NCBI GenBank assembly: GCA_027343765.1
Contig: DAHWKG010000098.1
Location: forward strand, 46,411 to 110,410
DNA length: 64,000 bases
Reading direction: 5' to 3'
DNA from: Sulfobacillus sp.
GTDB lineage: Bacteria; Bacillota; Sulfobacillia; Sulfobacillales; Sulfobacillaceae
In this document: positions 39,282-49,917 of the stretch, piece after piece
Layout of the letters: every line of letters starts with the position of its first letter
Position numbering within the stretch: position 1 is the stretch's first letter
Made by a program: the position numbers and the translations under genes
The notes under the pieces: model-generated
The model's database searches: none
The model's input: only the letters and a program-made list of their open reading frames with translations
Told to the model about the DNA's origin: nothing

Positions 39282-41605
39282 TGGCACAGGCGATGAGGCC
39301 ACAAATGATGGGAGCGCGGGTATCCCGGGTGGAAGATCCGCGTCTCTTGTCCGGTCAAGCGCGCTACATGGATGACATCCAAGTTCCCGGGATGTTGGAG
39401 GTGGCCTTCGTGCGCTCACCCCATGCGGCGGCGAAAATTGTCCGGATTGACGTCGACCAGGCTCGGAGCATGCCTGGAGTGCACGCGGTGCTCACGTACC
39501 ATGACTGTCCGGTGTTGCTTTGGGAGCGCGACACCTATAAAGTCGGCCAGCCGGTGCTTGCCCAAGAGGCCGTGTACTACGTCGGCCAGCCGGTGGTAGC
39601 CATTGTGGCCGAGAACCGGTACCTGGCAGAAGACGCGGCTGAACTGGTGAGGGTGCAATATGAGCCCATAGAGCCCGTCTTAGATATGCGGCAGGCGATA
39701 TTGGAAACGCCGCGTCGCGTGCACCAGCACGCCGAAAACGTTTTTTTCCACAAAGAGTACAGCACCCCTGGATTTGAGGAGGCCTTTAATCAGGCTGCTC
39801 ATCACTTAAGCGCCACCTTTCGCACCAACCGGCAGACGGCCGTGTCGCTGGAGCCCCGCGGCACGGCGGCTATGGTTGATGCCGCCAGCGGTCGGGTTAC
39901 CGTCTATGCCTCCACTCAATCACCTCACCGCATGCGCGAGGATATTAGTCATTTCTTGCAAATCCCCGAGCACTTGGTGCGAGTGATTGTCCCGGAGGTT
40001 GGCGGCGGATTCGGGATGAAGGCCAACTGCTACCCGGAAGATATCGTGGTCACGGCGGCGGCAAGAAAACTGAAAAAGCCGGTCAAATGGGTGTCGGACC
40101 GACTGGAGTCGCTATTGAGCGACGTGCATGCTCGCGATGATATTCACGATGTGGACGTTGCGTTTGATGATACGGGCAAAATCATCGGCATCCGGGATCA
40201 CTTGATGGCAGATGGAGGAGCGTTCCCGGCCTACCCATTCTCGGGGGCTGTGGGTGAAACCAGCTTGGCCTCCCGGGTATTAACTGGACCGTATGATATC
40301 CCCCACCTGGCGACGACCATCGACTGCACCTACTCTAACAAAACCCCCTTGGGCGCCTATCGTGGAGTATGGGGGCCGATTGCATCGTTCATTCAAGAGG
40401 GGATCGTGGACCGGGTGGCTCGTGCACTGCACCTTGACCCAGCCGAGGTGCGGCGCCGCAACATGATTCAAAAACAGCAGTTCCCGTATCGCAACGCGGC
40501 CCGCATGATTTACGATGAGGGTTCTTACCTCGAGTCGATGGAAGAGGCCTTGCGCCTCATTGACTATCCTGGATTTCGTCAGCGCCAGGCTGAGGCACGC
40601 CGCCAGGAGAAGTACCTCGGAGTCGGTATTTCCGTATTTGTCGAGCCGACCGCCATGGCGTCATCGGAGGCAGGTTCGGTGGGGTACGAATCTTGTACCA
40701 TCCGCATGGAGCCGTCGGGCAAGGTGACGGCGGCCTTGGGGCTTGGACCTTCAGGCCAAGGACACGAAACCACCATGGCGCAAATAATAGCCGATCAGCT
40801 GGGTGTACCCTTTGAGGACGTGGTCATCCTTCACGGGGATACCGACAGCGCGCCCTACGGTGGAGGAACTGGCGGTAGCCGCTCGGGACCCATCGGGGGC
40901 GGTGCGGCGTTAGTGGCCGGTCGGCAAATGCGGGAACGGCTGGTCAAATACGCGGCAGCACTCTTGGAAGCGGGCGAAGCGGACATTGAGTTGGGAGATG
41001 GGAAAGCGTGGGTGGCGGGCGTTCCTGATCGTTCCATTACCATTCGCACCATTGCCGAGACAGCCTACACCAACGTCAAGAAGATTCCCGAGGGATTGCC
41101 CATAGGTCTTGAACTGACGGCCCGTTATCTGCCCAAGCGACCGGTGACCTTCTCGAATGGTACGCACATTGCGGAAGTCGAGGTAGATCCGGCTACCGGC
41201 GTGGTCAAGGTGACGCGATATGCGGTGGTGAACGATTGCGGCCGCTTAATTAACCCCACCATTGTGGAAGGGCAAATTCACGGTGGAGTGGCTCAAGGAA
41301 TCGGCGCGGCGGTGCTCGAAGCGTTGCGCTATAACGAGGATGGGCAATTGGTGACGACGTCCTTGTTGGATTACTTGCTGCCGGAAAGCACGGATGTGCC
41401 GCGCATGGCGATTCGCCATCTGGAGACACCCTCGGAGGGTGAGGGGGGCATTAAGGGAATGGGAGAAGGGTCCCTCATTGCCGCACCCGCGGCCGTAGTC
41501 AACGCTATCTCCGACGCGCTCGAGCCGTTTGGCGGGATGGTTGACACGTTGCCTGTAACGCCGAAAGATGTGAGGACCCTGGTCCAGTCGGGCCGCCAAG
41601 GGTAA
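39281..41605 (+). CDS. molybdenum hydroxylase (xanthine oxidase/CoxL family) large subunit, not form I CODH
   Basis: GGGFGMK, AYRGVWG, GQGHET, GSRS, NP.IVEGQIHGG, KGMGE. Confidence 0.9.
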   Translation: MAQAMRPQMMGARVSRVEDPRLLSGQARYMDDIQVPGMLEVAFVRSPHAAAKIVRIDVDQARSMPGVHAVLTYHDCPVLLWERDTYKVGQPVLAQEAVYYVGQPVVAIVAENRYLAEDAAELVRVQYEPIEPVLDMRQAILETPRRVHQHAENVFFHKEYSTPGFEEAFNQAAHHLSATFRTNRQTAVSLEPRGTAAMVDAASGRVTVYASTQSPHRMREDISHFLQIPEHLVRVIVPEVGGGFGMKANCYPEDIVVTAAARKLKKPVKWVSDRLESLLSDVHARDDIHDVDVAFDDTGKIIGIRDHLMADGGAFPAYPFSGAVGETSLASRVLTGPYDIPHLATTIDCTYSNKTPLGAYRGVWGPIASFIQEGIVDRVARALHLDPAEVRRRNMIQKQQFPYRNAARMIYDEGSYLESMEEALRLIDYPGFRQRQAEARRQEKYLGVGISVFVEPTAMASSEAGSVGYESCTIRMEPSGKVTAALGLGPSGQGHETTMAQIIADQLGVPFEDVVILHGDTDSAPYGGGTGGSRSGPIGGGAALVAGRQMRERLVKYAAALLEAGEADIELGDGKAWVAGVPDRSITIRTIAETAYTNVKKIPEGLPIGLELTARYLPKRPVTFSNGTHIAEVEVDPATGVVKVTRYAVVNDCGRLINPTIVEGQIHGGVAQGIGAAVLEALRYNEDGQLVTTSLLDYLLPESTDVPRMAIRHLETPSEGEGGIKGMGEGSLIAAPAAVVNAISDALEPFGGMVDTLPVTPKDVRTLVQSGRQG

Positions 41606-41615
41606 GAGAGGGAGG

Positions 41616-41650
41616 AGCGGAGCCAAACGCCGGCTCCGCTTTTCTCTTTT
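41616..41650 (+). terminator. rho-independent terminator
   Basis: AGCGGAGCC-aaacgcc-GGCTCCGCT + T-rich tract. Confidence 0.7.
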
Positions 41651-41664
41651 AAGGAGGGATCACT

Positions 41665-43641
41665 GTGCGCATCGAGGACTTGTGGGGCATACGAACCTGG
41701 GGCATGCCTACTTTCGACCCCGTCCGGGAATGCCTCTACTTCGTGGAATCGTGGTTGGATAAGCGCAATAACCGGTCTCAGAGTCGGATTATGCGAATGA
41801 TGCTTGACACCCGAGAGGTTACCAGTTTGACTGTGGGACCGGAGGATACGTACCCGTTACCATCGCCTGATGGAGCCTGGCTGGGATTTTTAAGTCGACG
41901 ATCGGGAAGTGCCCAAGTCTGGCGATTGCCGCTCGCTGGCGGGGAGGCAGAGCAGGTTACCCGCCTTCAGGGGGGCGTCAAAAGCTTTATCTGGTCCCGA
42001 GACGGTCAGTTTATGGTCGTGGTGGCGCACGTCGAACATGGTCTTTTGGAGGTGGAAGGCGAAGCGGCGGCCCCTCCCATGGATGCCTCTGATTTGGCGT
42101 TGGAGCGCTGGTTCACGCGGGGCGTGAAGCACGTCACGCGCCAGTATTACAAACTTGATGGCCAGGGGTTCTTTGACCAAGGACGTGATCAACTGGTGCG
42201 GGTCGCCGTTGAGTCGGGGCATCCAGTTTTGCTCACCTCCGGTTTCGATCATTATAGTGCGCCGGTGTTGTCTCCCGACGATTCGATTCTGTGGGCGCTG
42301 GTTCGCCGTTATGATTCGAAGCCTAACGGACATCCGTCGGTTACAGAGTTGGTGGGCATTAACCTGGAGTCTCTCGAAGAAAGACGGATTAACATTCCGA
42401 CCTTGGCGATTGAGACGCTGGCGGTCAATTCCGATGGGACTCGGCTCGCATTCACCGCCTCCGATCCGACGGAAATGGGCTACGGCAATTCGGCCCTCTT
42501 TGAACTCGGCCTCGCCGATGGGATGTTAAGGAATCTGAGTGGATTCACCGATCGTCCTGTGGGTGACGTCAGCGGCGCGGACGTGGCGCCGCCAACCCGC
42601 GTAAAACCGGTGTTTGCAAAGGACTCCATCCTGATGATGCTCTCGGACGCCGGGCGAGTGGTCTTAACGGCGTTTCAGGATGGGGGGCAGGCGAAGCCTC
42701 TTTTTGACGAGAAAAGGGTGGTGCTGGATTTCGCCCTGCGGGGCCCCTGGATTTCGTTGGTGATATCGGATCCGCTCCATCCGTCAGGGATCCAGCTCGC
42801 CCGTCTGGATGGCGAAGCGGATCCGGTCGTGTGGGCGCCCGTGCCTTGGGGTACCGAGGATGGTCCGCGTCCCGTCCACGCGACGACAGCGCGGGAATCC
42901 GATGGAACCGCGGTGGACGTCTGGTGCATTTTGCCTCCCGGGGATGGCCCGCATCCGGTCGTGCTAGAGATCCATGGTGGTCCGATGTCCATGTACGGTT
43001 ATCGTTATCATCACGAGTTTCAGAGTTTGGTTGCCGGTGGATATGCCGTGGTCTACACCAACCCCCGGGGATCTCTGGGTTACGGGGCGGAGTTTTGCCG
43101 ATCAATTATGGGTCAATGGGGCGACCGCGACTATCGGGATGTGATGGCGGGACTAGACCGGGCGCTCTCCCACTGGCCGCAATTGGATCCCGCACGCCTG
43201 GGGGTGGCGGGAGGAAGCTACGGGGGATTTCTGGTCAATTGGATAATTTCCCACAGCACGCGTTTTTCTGCCGCCGTGACCATGCGCTCGGTGGTCAATC
43301 GTTTCTCTGCCATGGGGTCTAGCGACCTCGGATTTTTGCGCGTGCCCCAGTATGGCGCCAAACCCTGGTGGGAGGACCCGGCCCCCTATTGGCAACAGTC
43401 CCCCCTTCGCTACGCATCAGCGATACGTACGCCGCTTCTTATTGAGCATCAGGAGCGCGATTTTAGGCTCCCTATCGAGCAGGGGGAACAGTTGTACAGC
43501 GCTCTCAAATATTTGGGACGTCCGGTCGAAATGCTGCTATACCCTGATGAGTCTCACGGCATGAGTCGTAGTGGGAAGCCCTGGCATCGGATCTTCCGCC
43601 TCAAAAGCATCGTTGGCTGGTTCGATCGCTATTTGCATTGA
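41665..43641 (+). CDS. S9 acylaminoacyl/dipeptidyl peptidase
   Basis: beta-propeller SPDG repeats, IHGGP, NPRGS.GYG, GGSYGG, D..R.P, ESHG. Confidence 0.92.
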   Translation: MRIEDLWGIRTWGMPTFDPVRECLYFVESWLDKRNNRSQSRIMRMMLDTREVTSLTVGPEDTYPLPSPDGAWLGFLSRRSGSAQVWRLPLAGGEAEQVTRLQGGVKSFIWSRDGQFMVVVAHVEHGLLEVEGEAAAPPMDASDLALERWFTRGVKHVTRQYYKLDGQGFFDQGRDQLVRVAVESGHPVLLTSGFDHYSAPVLSPDDSILWALVRRYDSKPNGHPSVTELVGINLESLEERRINIPTLAIETLAVNSDGTRLAFTASDPTEMGYGNSALFELGLADGMLRNLSGFTDRPVGDVSGADVAPPTRVKPVFAKDSILMMLSDAGRVVLTAFQDGGQAKPLFDEKRVVLDFALRGPWISLVISDPLHPSGIQLARLDGEADPVVWAPVPWGTEDGPRPVHATTARESDGTAVDVWCILPPGDGPHPVVLEIHGGPMSMYGYRYHHEFQSLVAGGYAVVYTNPRGSLGYGAEFCRSIMGQWGDRDYRDVMAGLDRALSHWPQLDPARLGVAGGSYGGFLVNWIISHSTRFSAAVTMRSVVNRFSAMGSSDLGFLRVPQYGAKPWWEDPAPYWQQSPLRYASAIRTPLLIEHQERDFRLPIEQGEQLYSALKYLGRPVEMLLYPDESHGMSRSGKPWHRIFRLKSIVGWFDRYLH

Positions 43642-43671
43642 AGTAGGATGGACATAGCGTCGGAATCAAAC

Positions 43672-43707
43672 GAAAAGGGCCCCCCCGGATGGGGGACGGC
43701 CCTTTTC
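43672..43707. terminator. bidirectional terminator
   Basis: GAAAAGGGCC...GGCCCTTTTC hairpin between convergent genes. Confidence 0.75.
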
Positions 43708-43714
43708 ACCGTCT

Positions 43715-44140
43715 TTACTCGGCGATCTCGACGGTTGTCATGTGGTCTCCTTGGCGGATGGCATCTAAGACGTCAAAGCCCTCGGTCACTTGTCCGAAGA
43801 CCGTGTGCACCCCATCCAAATGGGGCTGGGGGCTGTGGCAGATGAAAAACTGACTGCCGCCGGTGTCCTTTCCGGCATGGGCCATGGACAAGCTGCCGCG
43901 AACGTGGCGGTGGGGGTTATTGTCCGTTTCGCACTTAATAGTGTAGCCGGGCCCACCGGTACCGTCCCCGCGGGGGCATCCGCCTTGAATGACGAAATTG
44001 GGGATGACGCGGTGAAAGTTGAGACCATTATAAAAGCCGGAACGGGCTAGTTTCGCAAAGTTGGCTACGGTTCCCGGAGCTTCGTTGGGATACAGGTCAA
44101 GGACCATCCGGCCCTTTTCGGTGTTGATTATGGCTTGCAT
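43715..44140 (-). CDS. ppiB: cyclophilin peptidyl-prolyl isomerase
   Basis: [40 protein letters not shown]. Confidence 0.95.
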   Translation of the reverse strand: MQAIINTEKGRMVLDLYPNEAPGTVANFAKLARSGFYNGLNFHRVIPNFVIQGGCPRGDGTGGPGYTIKCETDNNPHRHVRGSLSMAHAGKDTGGSQFFICHSPQPHLDGVHTVFGQVTEGFDVLDAIRQGDHMTTVEIAE

Positions 44141-44150
44141 CGAAATCCTC

Positions 44151-44951
44151 CTAAAGTGGGGCCTTGTGCCCGATCAGTTGTCGTTCGCTTAATAGGGTTT
44201 CGGCTAAGTGCCGCTCCTCATCGCTTAAGGCTTGGGGAACAAGCTGATAATGTTGGGAAAACCCCCAGGTAAGCGCATGCTCCACATCGGCGGTGGCTAG
44301 CGCTTGCATGTTCGGTAATCGATTTAATGCGGTTACCGCCTCGGCATCAAGGACGAGATCGCTGCCCGCCCGGCGGTAGAATTCTTGTAAAAGACGGGTG
44401 GTCACTTCCGGGTCTTGGCGGATTAAGAGCATACCGCTCACCAAAGCGAAGCCGCCACGAATTGCCTGGGCAATGCCGGCAATTTTTCGCTTTCCTGCCA
44501 CTAAGTCATAAGGACCCTCGCAATAGGAGCCCACCGCCCGACCAAATCCCGCGTCGATGCCGATATGCCTTAAGCCGTCGATGACCCCAGCGGCCATGCG
44601 ACGGAAATTTGCTTCCCATACGGTGAAATCGCGGCAGGGCTCACTGACGGCGAAGCTCAGGCATTCATCGTCTAATAACACCGCCGAGCCGCCACCGATG
44701 CGCATGAACACTGGATAGCCTTGATGGTTGAGCCAATCCACCGCTTCGTCTAGATGGGGCAACCGTCGATCCTTCGGTCCCAAAAGAACATAGGGCCGCT
44801 GGTGGCGGATGACCACGCAAGCTTTCTCGCGGTCCGCGCTCCAACGAGCGACCGTTTCCGCCAAGACCGGAGACAACCGTAATTCATGGATTGGCGCGTC
44901 GTGGGAGAGGTGAACGTAGCGGGCTTGAGATTGCATGAAAACCCCCATCAC
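44151..44951 (-). CDS. lipL: LipL-type octanoyl/lipoyl amidotransferase (BPL/LplA family)
   Basis: [20 protein letters not shown] catalytic-Cys motif, KIAGIAQ. Confidence 0.75.
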   Translation of the reverse strand: MMGVFMQSQARYVHLSHDAPIHELRLSPVLAETVARWSADREKACVVIRHQRPYVLLGPKDRRLPHLDEAVDWLNHQGYPVFMRIGGGSAVLLDDECLSFAVSEPCRDFTVWEANFRRMAAGVIDGLRHIGIDAGFGRAVGSYCEGPYDLVAGKRKIAGIAQAIRGGFALVSGMLLIRQDPEVTTRLLQEFYRRAGSDLVLDAEAVTALNRLPNMQALATADVEHALTWGFSQHYQLVPQALSDEERHLAETLLSERQLIGHKAPL

Positions 44952-45064
44952 ACCGGGTATCGCCTTTTATCGCGCACCAGGTTAGTCTATCCTGTATGTT
45001 GTATCGCAACGCCTCAATTGGGTCAAGAACAGCACTGTCGGGGATTGAGGAACGGAGGGCGGAC

Positions 45065-45490
45065 GTGGAACGTTGGGGACGCCTGACCTGGCGCTTGGGA
45101 TTAAGTCTTTGGCTTGGCAGCATCTTTTTTTTGTTTGTCGCGATTGCTCCCAATGTCTTTAAAGTTCTGCCGCCAGCTCAAGCCGGACGCCTAGTCCACG
45201 CGATTTTTCCCGTGTACGACGGCGAAGGATTAGTGTTAGGGGCTTTAATGCTGGTGGGCGCGGGACTTCTCTTGGGAGCTCGGCGGGATCTGAGACGCTG
45301 GATATTGATGGCCATGACCATGATTAATTGGCTTTTGGCGTGGTGGTCGTGGGCTACCCTTCGAACCCTTCAGGGGGTACACGAGTCCAATCCTCGCTTT
45401 CATACGTTGCATGGAGAGTCCGTGGTCGCTAGTGTGACGATGTTCCTAGTGGGGGTAGGGGCACTAGTCTGGGATGTGTTATCGATATGA
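45065..45490 (+). CDS. DUF4149/TMEM205-like membrane protein
   Basis: WLGS..AP.VF..L...AG....FP.Y, F..LHG.S; GTG start behind GGAGG. Confidence 0.75.
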   Translation: MERWGRLTWRLGLSLWLGSIFFLFVAIAPNVFKVLPPAQAGRLVHAIFPVYDGEGLVLGALMLVGAGLLLGARRDLRRWILMAMTMINWLLAWWSWATLRTLQGVHESNPRFHTLHGESVVASVTMFLVGVGALVWDVLSI

Positions 45491-46233
45491 CTTGGGCCTC
45501 TCTCTGGCATCCTGATCCGCGGGTGGTGGTTCGTGTCGCGCCCGAACCCTGGGTTCTCTCAGGTGAGACGCAAGAGGCCGTAGAGCGTGCCTGGGAGCAG
45601 TACCGCGAGCAATTTTTCCGTGGACCGGTGTTGAGCGTGGTAGGGATTGAGCCTCGTTCTGATGGCACCGTCATTGACGCCCGTTGGACCGACTATGCGC
45701 ATTTTCTCTATAGCTCTCGACATCTCAATCCTCAGCATACCTTCTATGTGCGGGTGTTGTTCGCCGCCGGCTGCCTGATCACGGCCGATGGATATCTATT
45801 GGTCGCGGTTATGGGGCCTGGCACATCTCGCGCTGGTTGGATTCAGGCGGTGGGTGGCTCCCCTGTGCCTGAGGAAATTTCAGGAGGATGGTTTGACCCC
45901 GTGGCCTCGGTGGTTCGCGAGGCGCGGGAAGAAACGGGCTTTGACCTTACCGAAGGCGACACGCTCAAGCGGATAGGTGTGGTCGGTTATACCGAAGACC
46001 AGCGCGATGGGAGTGTGGCGGTGGCCATCAAAGTAGAACTGCGGTTCACGGCCGAGGAGGCCTTGGCCCGGTTTCGCGAATTCCAACGCCACGTCCCGGA
46101 TGGAGAGCTTAGCGACCTTTATGCGCTACCGTTGGGTGAAGCGGGCCTGAAGCAATTGCGACGCGAAGGCCGCACTCGGGTGCGCTACCTCGAACCGTTG
46201 TTGTTGAGTGCCGAACTCCGCCCAGAGGGGTGA
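45487..46233 (+). CDS. NUDIX-like hydrolase
   Basis: GG...REAREETG; coupled to upstream gene (ATGA). Confidence 0.7.
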   Translation: MTWASLWHPDPRVVVRVAPEPWVLSGETQEAVERAWEQYREQFFRGPVLSVVGIEPRSDGTVIDARWTDYAHFLYSSRHLNPQHTFYVRVLFAAGCLITADGYLLVAVMGPGTSRAGWIQAVGGSPVPEEISGGWFDPVASVVREAREETGFDLTEGDTLKRIGVVGYTEDQRDGSVAVAIKVELRFTAEEALARFREFQRHVPDGELSDLYALPLGEAGLKQLRREGRTRVRYLEPLLLSAELRPEG

Positions 46234-46298
46234 CTGGATAGAGGAACAGGCCGCAGTAGCATGCTTGTGTGCGGCCTGCTTCATTGAGGTTTTGCCCG

Positions 46299-48143
46299 CT
46301 AAACCAGCTCGACACGGTATTCTTTCAGCCAAGCATTGGCCTGGATGAGAAAGGCAAAAAGTTGCGCGTTTCCCATGAGTTGCCCAAACCAGGGGATCTG
46401 ATCGGCCGCTGGCCCCGCTTTTACCACGTCCAGAATTCGCTGACGGTCGATGAGCGGTCGCAGCGGGGCTTCCGGGTCATGGAGGATTTCAGCCATCTGC
46501 TCCGCCATGGCGCGAAAGTAGCTGGGATTGGGCGTCGACGGATACGGTGACTTTCGTCGCATGAGCACCTCTTCCGGTAGCCATTCTTGGGCTGCACGGC
46601 GCAATATCCCTTTGGCAACACCGTTCAAATTCTTCATGGACCAGGGAATGTTGAACACGTAATCGACCAGACGATGGTCGCAAAACGGGACGCGGACTTC
46701 GAGGCTTTGGGCCATGGTCATTCGGTCTTTGCGGTCTAGCAGCGTGGGCAGGAAACGGGTAATGCTGAGATAGGCGATTTCCCGGATCCGGTGGTCTTCG
46801 GGGCTTTCCCCGTTGAGGTGCGGCACCTCGTCTAACGCCTCTTGATAACGGGCATCCACGTAGTGGAAGGGGCGGATGTGGTCGATAAAGTCCGCGCTCA
46901 ACACACTAACCCGGTCCTTCAGGCGGAGCGACCAGGGGAAGGTTTGCGCACCGAGTGCGTCAGGGCGATGAAACCAGGGATATCCTCCGAAGATTTCATC
47001 GGCCGCCTCCCCAGATAAGCCCACGGTGGCGTCGCGCTTAATGTGGCCCGCGAATACCAGCAGAGAGGTGTCGACATCTGCGTGGCCCGGCAAATCGCGC
47101 GCCCGCATGGCGGGTAATAGATACCGGTCTAACTCGGGTGTATCTAATTCCACCCGCACGTGGTCGGTGCCAAGATGTTCGGACACCCGGGCCACCCATG
47201 GAGCGTCCAGGTTCGTCTGGAATCCGTTGTCCCGAAAATAGCGCTCCATGTCCTTAAAGTCGATCGAGAAGGTTTTGAGCCGTCCCTTTCCTTGACGAGC
47301 GTAGGCCTCGGCAGAAATGGCGGTCACAATGCTTGAATCTAACCCGCCAGATAGTAGCGTGACGACGGGGACATCAGCCACCAATTGGCGTTCGACGGCG
47401 TCTTGCAATAGACCTTTAATTTTATGGGCCGTGGTATCGACGTCGTCCTCGTGCGGTTCGGCATGGAGCTGCCAATAGGGGTGGATGCGCGTTCCTTGGC
47501 GATTATGCGTGAGGCTCCACCCGGCGCGGAGCTCCTTCACGTCTTCGAACACCCCGTGACCCGGTGTGCGCGAGGGGCCCAACGCAAACACTTCTGCGAG
47601 CCCTTCTCGATGCACGCGGCGGGATACGGCCGAATGAGCCAAGAGCCCCTTAATTTCCGACGCAAACAGAAAGGCCGAGCCTTTTTGGGCATAAAAGAGG
47701 GGCTTGACCCCAAGCCGATCGCGGGCCATGAATAGGGACTGGGTGCGGCTATTCCAGATGGCGAAGGCAAAAATTCCGTTCAGACGCTCTAATGCGTTTT
47801 CCCCCCAAGCCATGTAAGCGGTCAACAACACTTCCGTGTCGGAACGCGATTGGAACTGATACCCGAGGGCCTCCAAGTCGTGGCGCAGTTCCTGGAAGTT
47901 GTAGAGCTCACCGTTATACACAATGGTGTAGACAGTGTCGCCATAGCGACGCGACATGGGTTGCATGCCGCCCTCGGGGTCGATCACTACCAACCGTCGG
48001 TGGGCCAGCCCTGCGCTTCGTGACACCCAGGTACCACTGCCATCCGGACCGCGGCAGGTCATTGGCTGAGCCATCGCCTCCAATTGACGCTGCTCATGCA
48101 TCAAATTGCGTTGATAGTCGATCCAACCGGCAATGCCACACAT
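46299..48143 (-). CDS. asnO: asparagine synthase (glutamine-hydrolysing), AsnO-like
   Basis: MCGIAG, RGPD, HRRL, NGELYN, RDRLGVKP, LSGGLDSS, SGEAADE.FGGY, EVRVPF. Confidence 0.9.
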   Translation of the reverse strand: MCGIAGWIDYQRNLMHEQRQLEAMAQPMTCRGPDGSGTWVSRSAGLAHRRLVVIDPEGGMQPMSRRYGDTVYTIVYNGELYNFQELRHDLEALGYQFQSRSDTEVLLTAYMAWGENALERLNGIFAFAIWNSRTQSLFMARDRLGVKPLFYAQKGSAFLFASEIKGLLAHSAVSRRVHREGLAEVFALGPSRTPGHGVFEDVKELRAGWSLTHNRQGTRIHPYWQLHAEPHEDDVDTTAHKIKGLLQDAVERQLVADVPVVTLLSGGLDSSIVTAISAEAYARQGKGRLKTFSIDFKDMERYFRDNGFQTNLDAPWVARVSEHLGTDHVRVELDTPELDRYLLPAMRARDLPGHADVDTSLLVFAGHIKRDATVGLSGEAADEIFGGYPWFHRPDALGAQTFPWSLRLKDRVSVLSADFIDHIRPFHYVDARYQEALDEVPHLNGESPEDHRIREIAYLSITRFLPTLLDRKDRMTMAQSLEVRVPFCDHRLVDYVFNIPWSMKNLNGVAKGILRRAAQEWLPEEVLMRRKSPYPSTPNPSYFRAMAEQMAEILHDPEAPLRPLIDRQRILDVVKAGPAADQIPWFGQLMGNAQLFAFLIQANAWLKEYRVELV

Positions 48144-48280
48144 AGTGAGGGTCCTCCTTTGTTTCTGGGTTGGTTCCGCCAGCAAAATACACTATGCTTA
48201 GGCCGAAGGGTGTGCGTCGGCCAGTATGTGGAGACTTCTGGTCGGCGGCACAGGATATTCCAGATGCGGAGGACGACAAG

Positions 48281-48775
48281 ATGATTTTGGTGGCCATGGG
48301 GAGCGAATCCGATTGGGAGACGCTTCAACACTCTGCCGACACGTTGCGTTTGCTGAAAATCCCTTATCGCGCTCGAGTCCTATCGGCTCATCGCACACCG
48401 GAGCGCATGTTGGAAGCGGCGGCGCGCGCCGCCGAAGAGGGGTTTCGGGCGATTATTGCCGGCGCCGGCGGTGCGGCGCACTTGCCGGGCATGATGGCCA
48501 GCGCCACCTTGTTGCCGGTCATAGGGGTGCCGGTGACCAGCCGAGCTTTAAATGGGATGGACTCTTTATTGTCCATCGTGCAGATGCCCGCTGGGGTTCC
48601 CGTGGCCACCATGGCAATCGGCAAGGCCGGGGCTGTTAATGCGGCGCTTATGGTCGCCAGACTTTTGGCGGTGACTGACGAGGCGGTGCGTGAGCGGCTT
48701 CAGGAATACCGACAAGCGATGCAGGAGAAAGTGCTAGAACAGGACGGGAGGGTTGGAGCATGGCCGCTCGAGTAG
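48281..48775 (+). CDS. purE: N5-CAIR mutase
   Basis: [32 protein letters not shown]. Confidence 0.96.
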   Translation: MILVAMGSESDWETLQHSADTLRLLKIPYRARVLSAHRTPERMLEAAARAAEEGFRAIIAGAGGAAHLPGMMASATLLPVIGVPVTSRALNGMDSLLSIVQMPAGVPVATMAIGKAGAVNAALMVARLLAVTDEAVRERLQEYRQAMQEKVLEQDGRVGAWPLE

Positions 48776-49917
48776 TGCCCGTGGGAGGAACCATTGGCAT
48801 CTTAGGAGGCGGACAGCTTGGGCGCATGATGGCGCTCGCCGCCCGGTCCCTGGGGCTTCACACGGTGGTATGGGACCCGGCGCCGGGTCCCGCCGGAGAA
48901 GCGTCTGACGAGGCACTCGCCGCCCCGTTCGACGATCTGGACACACGCCGGCGCTTCCTTCATCGGGTGCAGCATGTAACGTATGAATTTGAGAATGTTC
49001 CTGTCGCCACGGTGCGGGCGATTCAGCAGGAAAGGCCCGTCTTTCCGTCGCCAGAGCTTCTCTACGTGAGTCAAAATCGGCTCCGGGAAAAGGAGGCAGC
49101 CCGACGTCTTGGCCTTCACACCACCCCCTTTCTCGGCCTCGCGACCGTGGAGGACGTCCACCGGGCGGTCGAGGAACTGGGCCTTCCGGCCATTCTTAAG
49201 ACGGCGGAAGGGGGATACGACGGGAAGGGGCAGGTGCCCGTGGCATCGCTGGACCAAGCCCTCGGGGCCTTCGAAGAATTGGGTGGGGGGAGCACTCCAC
49301 TCATTTATGAGCGGCGAGTTGATTTTGAACGGGAAGTGTCGGTGGTGGTGGCTCGGGACCAGACGGGACTGGCCGTGACCTACCCCGCGACGGAAAACCA
49401 TCACGCGCACGGCATCTTGGATTATAGTCTCGCTCCGGCACCCATCGGAGAGGAATTGTCCTGGCAGGCACAACAAGAAGCCCGGACAATGGCGGCCGGG
49501 TTGGACTTGGTGGGTGTGATGGCGTTGGAATATTTCGTGACCGTTAACGGCCGGATTTTGTTCAATGAAATGGCACCCCGTCCCCATAATTCGGGGCACT
49601 GGACCATTGAAGGCGCGCTGCCGTCACAATTTCAACAACATATGCGGGCTGTGGCGGGCTGGCCGGTGGTTGAGCCCTTGTTGGTAAGCCCGGCTGCGAT
49701 GACCAATCTCATGGGGGAAGACTTTCCGGGCGGGTATGACGAGGTGTATCGGGTGCTCAATGTACCGGGAGCCTCGCTCCACTGGTATGGCAAGAAGGAG
49801 ATGCGTCCGGGGAGAAAAGTTGGCCACGTCACCGTTTTGGCCGACACAGTAGAGCGCGCGTTCGACGGGGTCGCGGCCGTCAAGCGACTGGTGGGGGCAT
49901 CTCCGGATGGCGCGTAA
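48760..49917 (+). CDS. purK: N5-CAIR synthetase
   Basis: [45 protein letters not shown]. Confidence 0.96.
   Translation: MAARVVPVGGTIGILGGGQLGRMMALAARSLGLHTVVWDPAPGPAGEASDEALAAPFDDLDTRRRFLHRVQHVTYEFENVPVATVRAIQQERPVFPSPELLYVSQNRLREKEAARRLGLHTTPFLGLATVEDVHRAVEELGLPAILKTAEGGYDGKGQVPVASLDQALGAFEELGGGSTPLIYERRVDFEREVSVVVARDQTGLAVTYPATENHHAHGILDYSLAPAPIGEELSWQAQQEARTMAAGLDLVGVMALEYFVTVNGRILFNEMAPRPHNSGHWTIEGALPSQFQQHMRAVAGWPVVEPLLVSPAAMTNLMGEDFPGGYDEVYRVLNVPGASLHWYGKKEMRPGRKVGHVTVLADTVERAFDGVAAVKRLVGASPDGA

Noticed and set aside
39281-41605. Aerobic CO dehydrogenase call
   Set aside because: Lacks the AYxCSFR motif
18573-41640. Shared AGCGGAGC...GCTCCGCT stems at 18573 and 41616 as a REP-like repeat family
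   Set aside because: Only two short copies with different loops; explained as terminators
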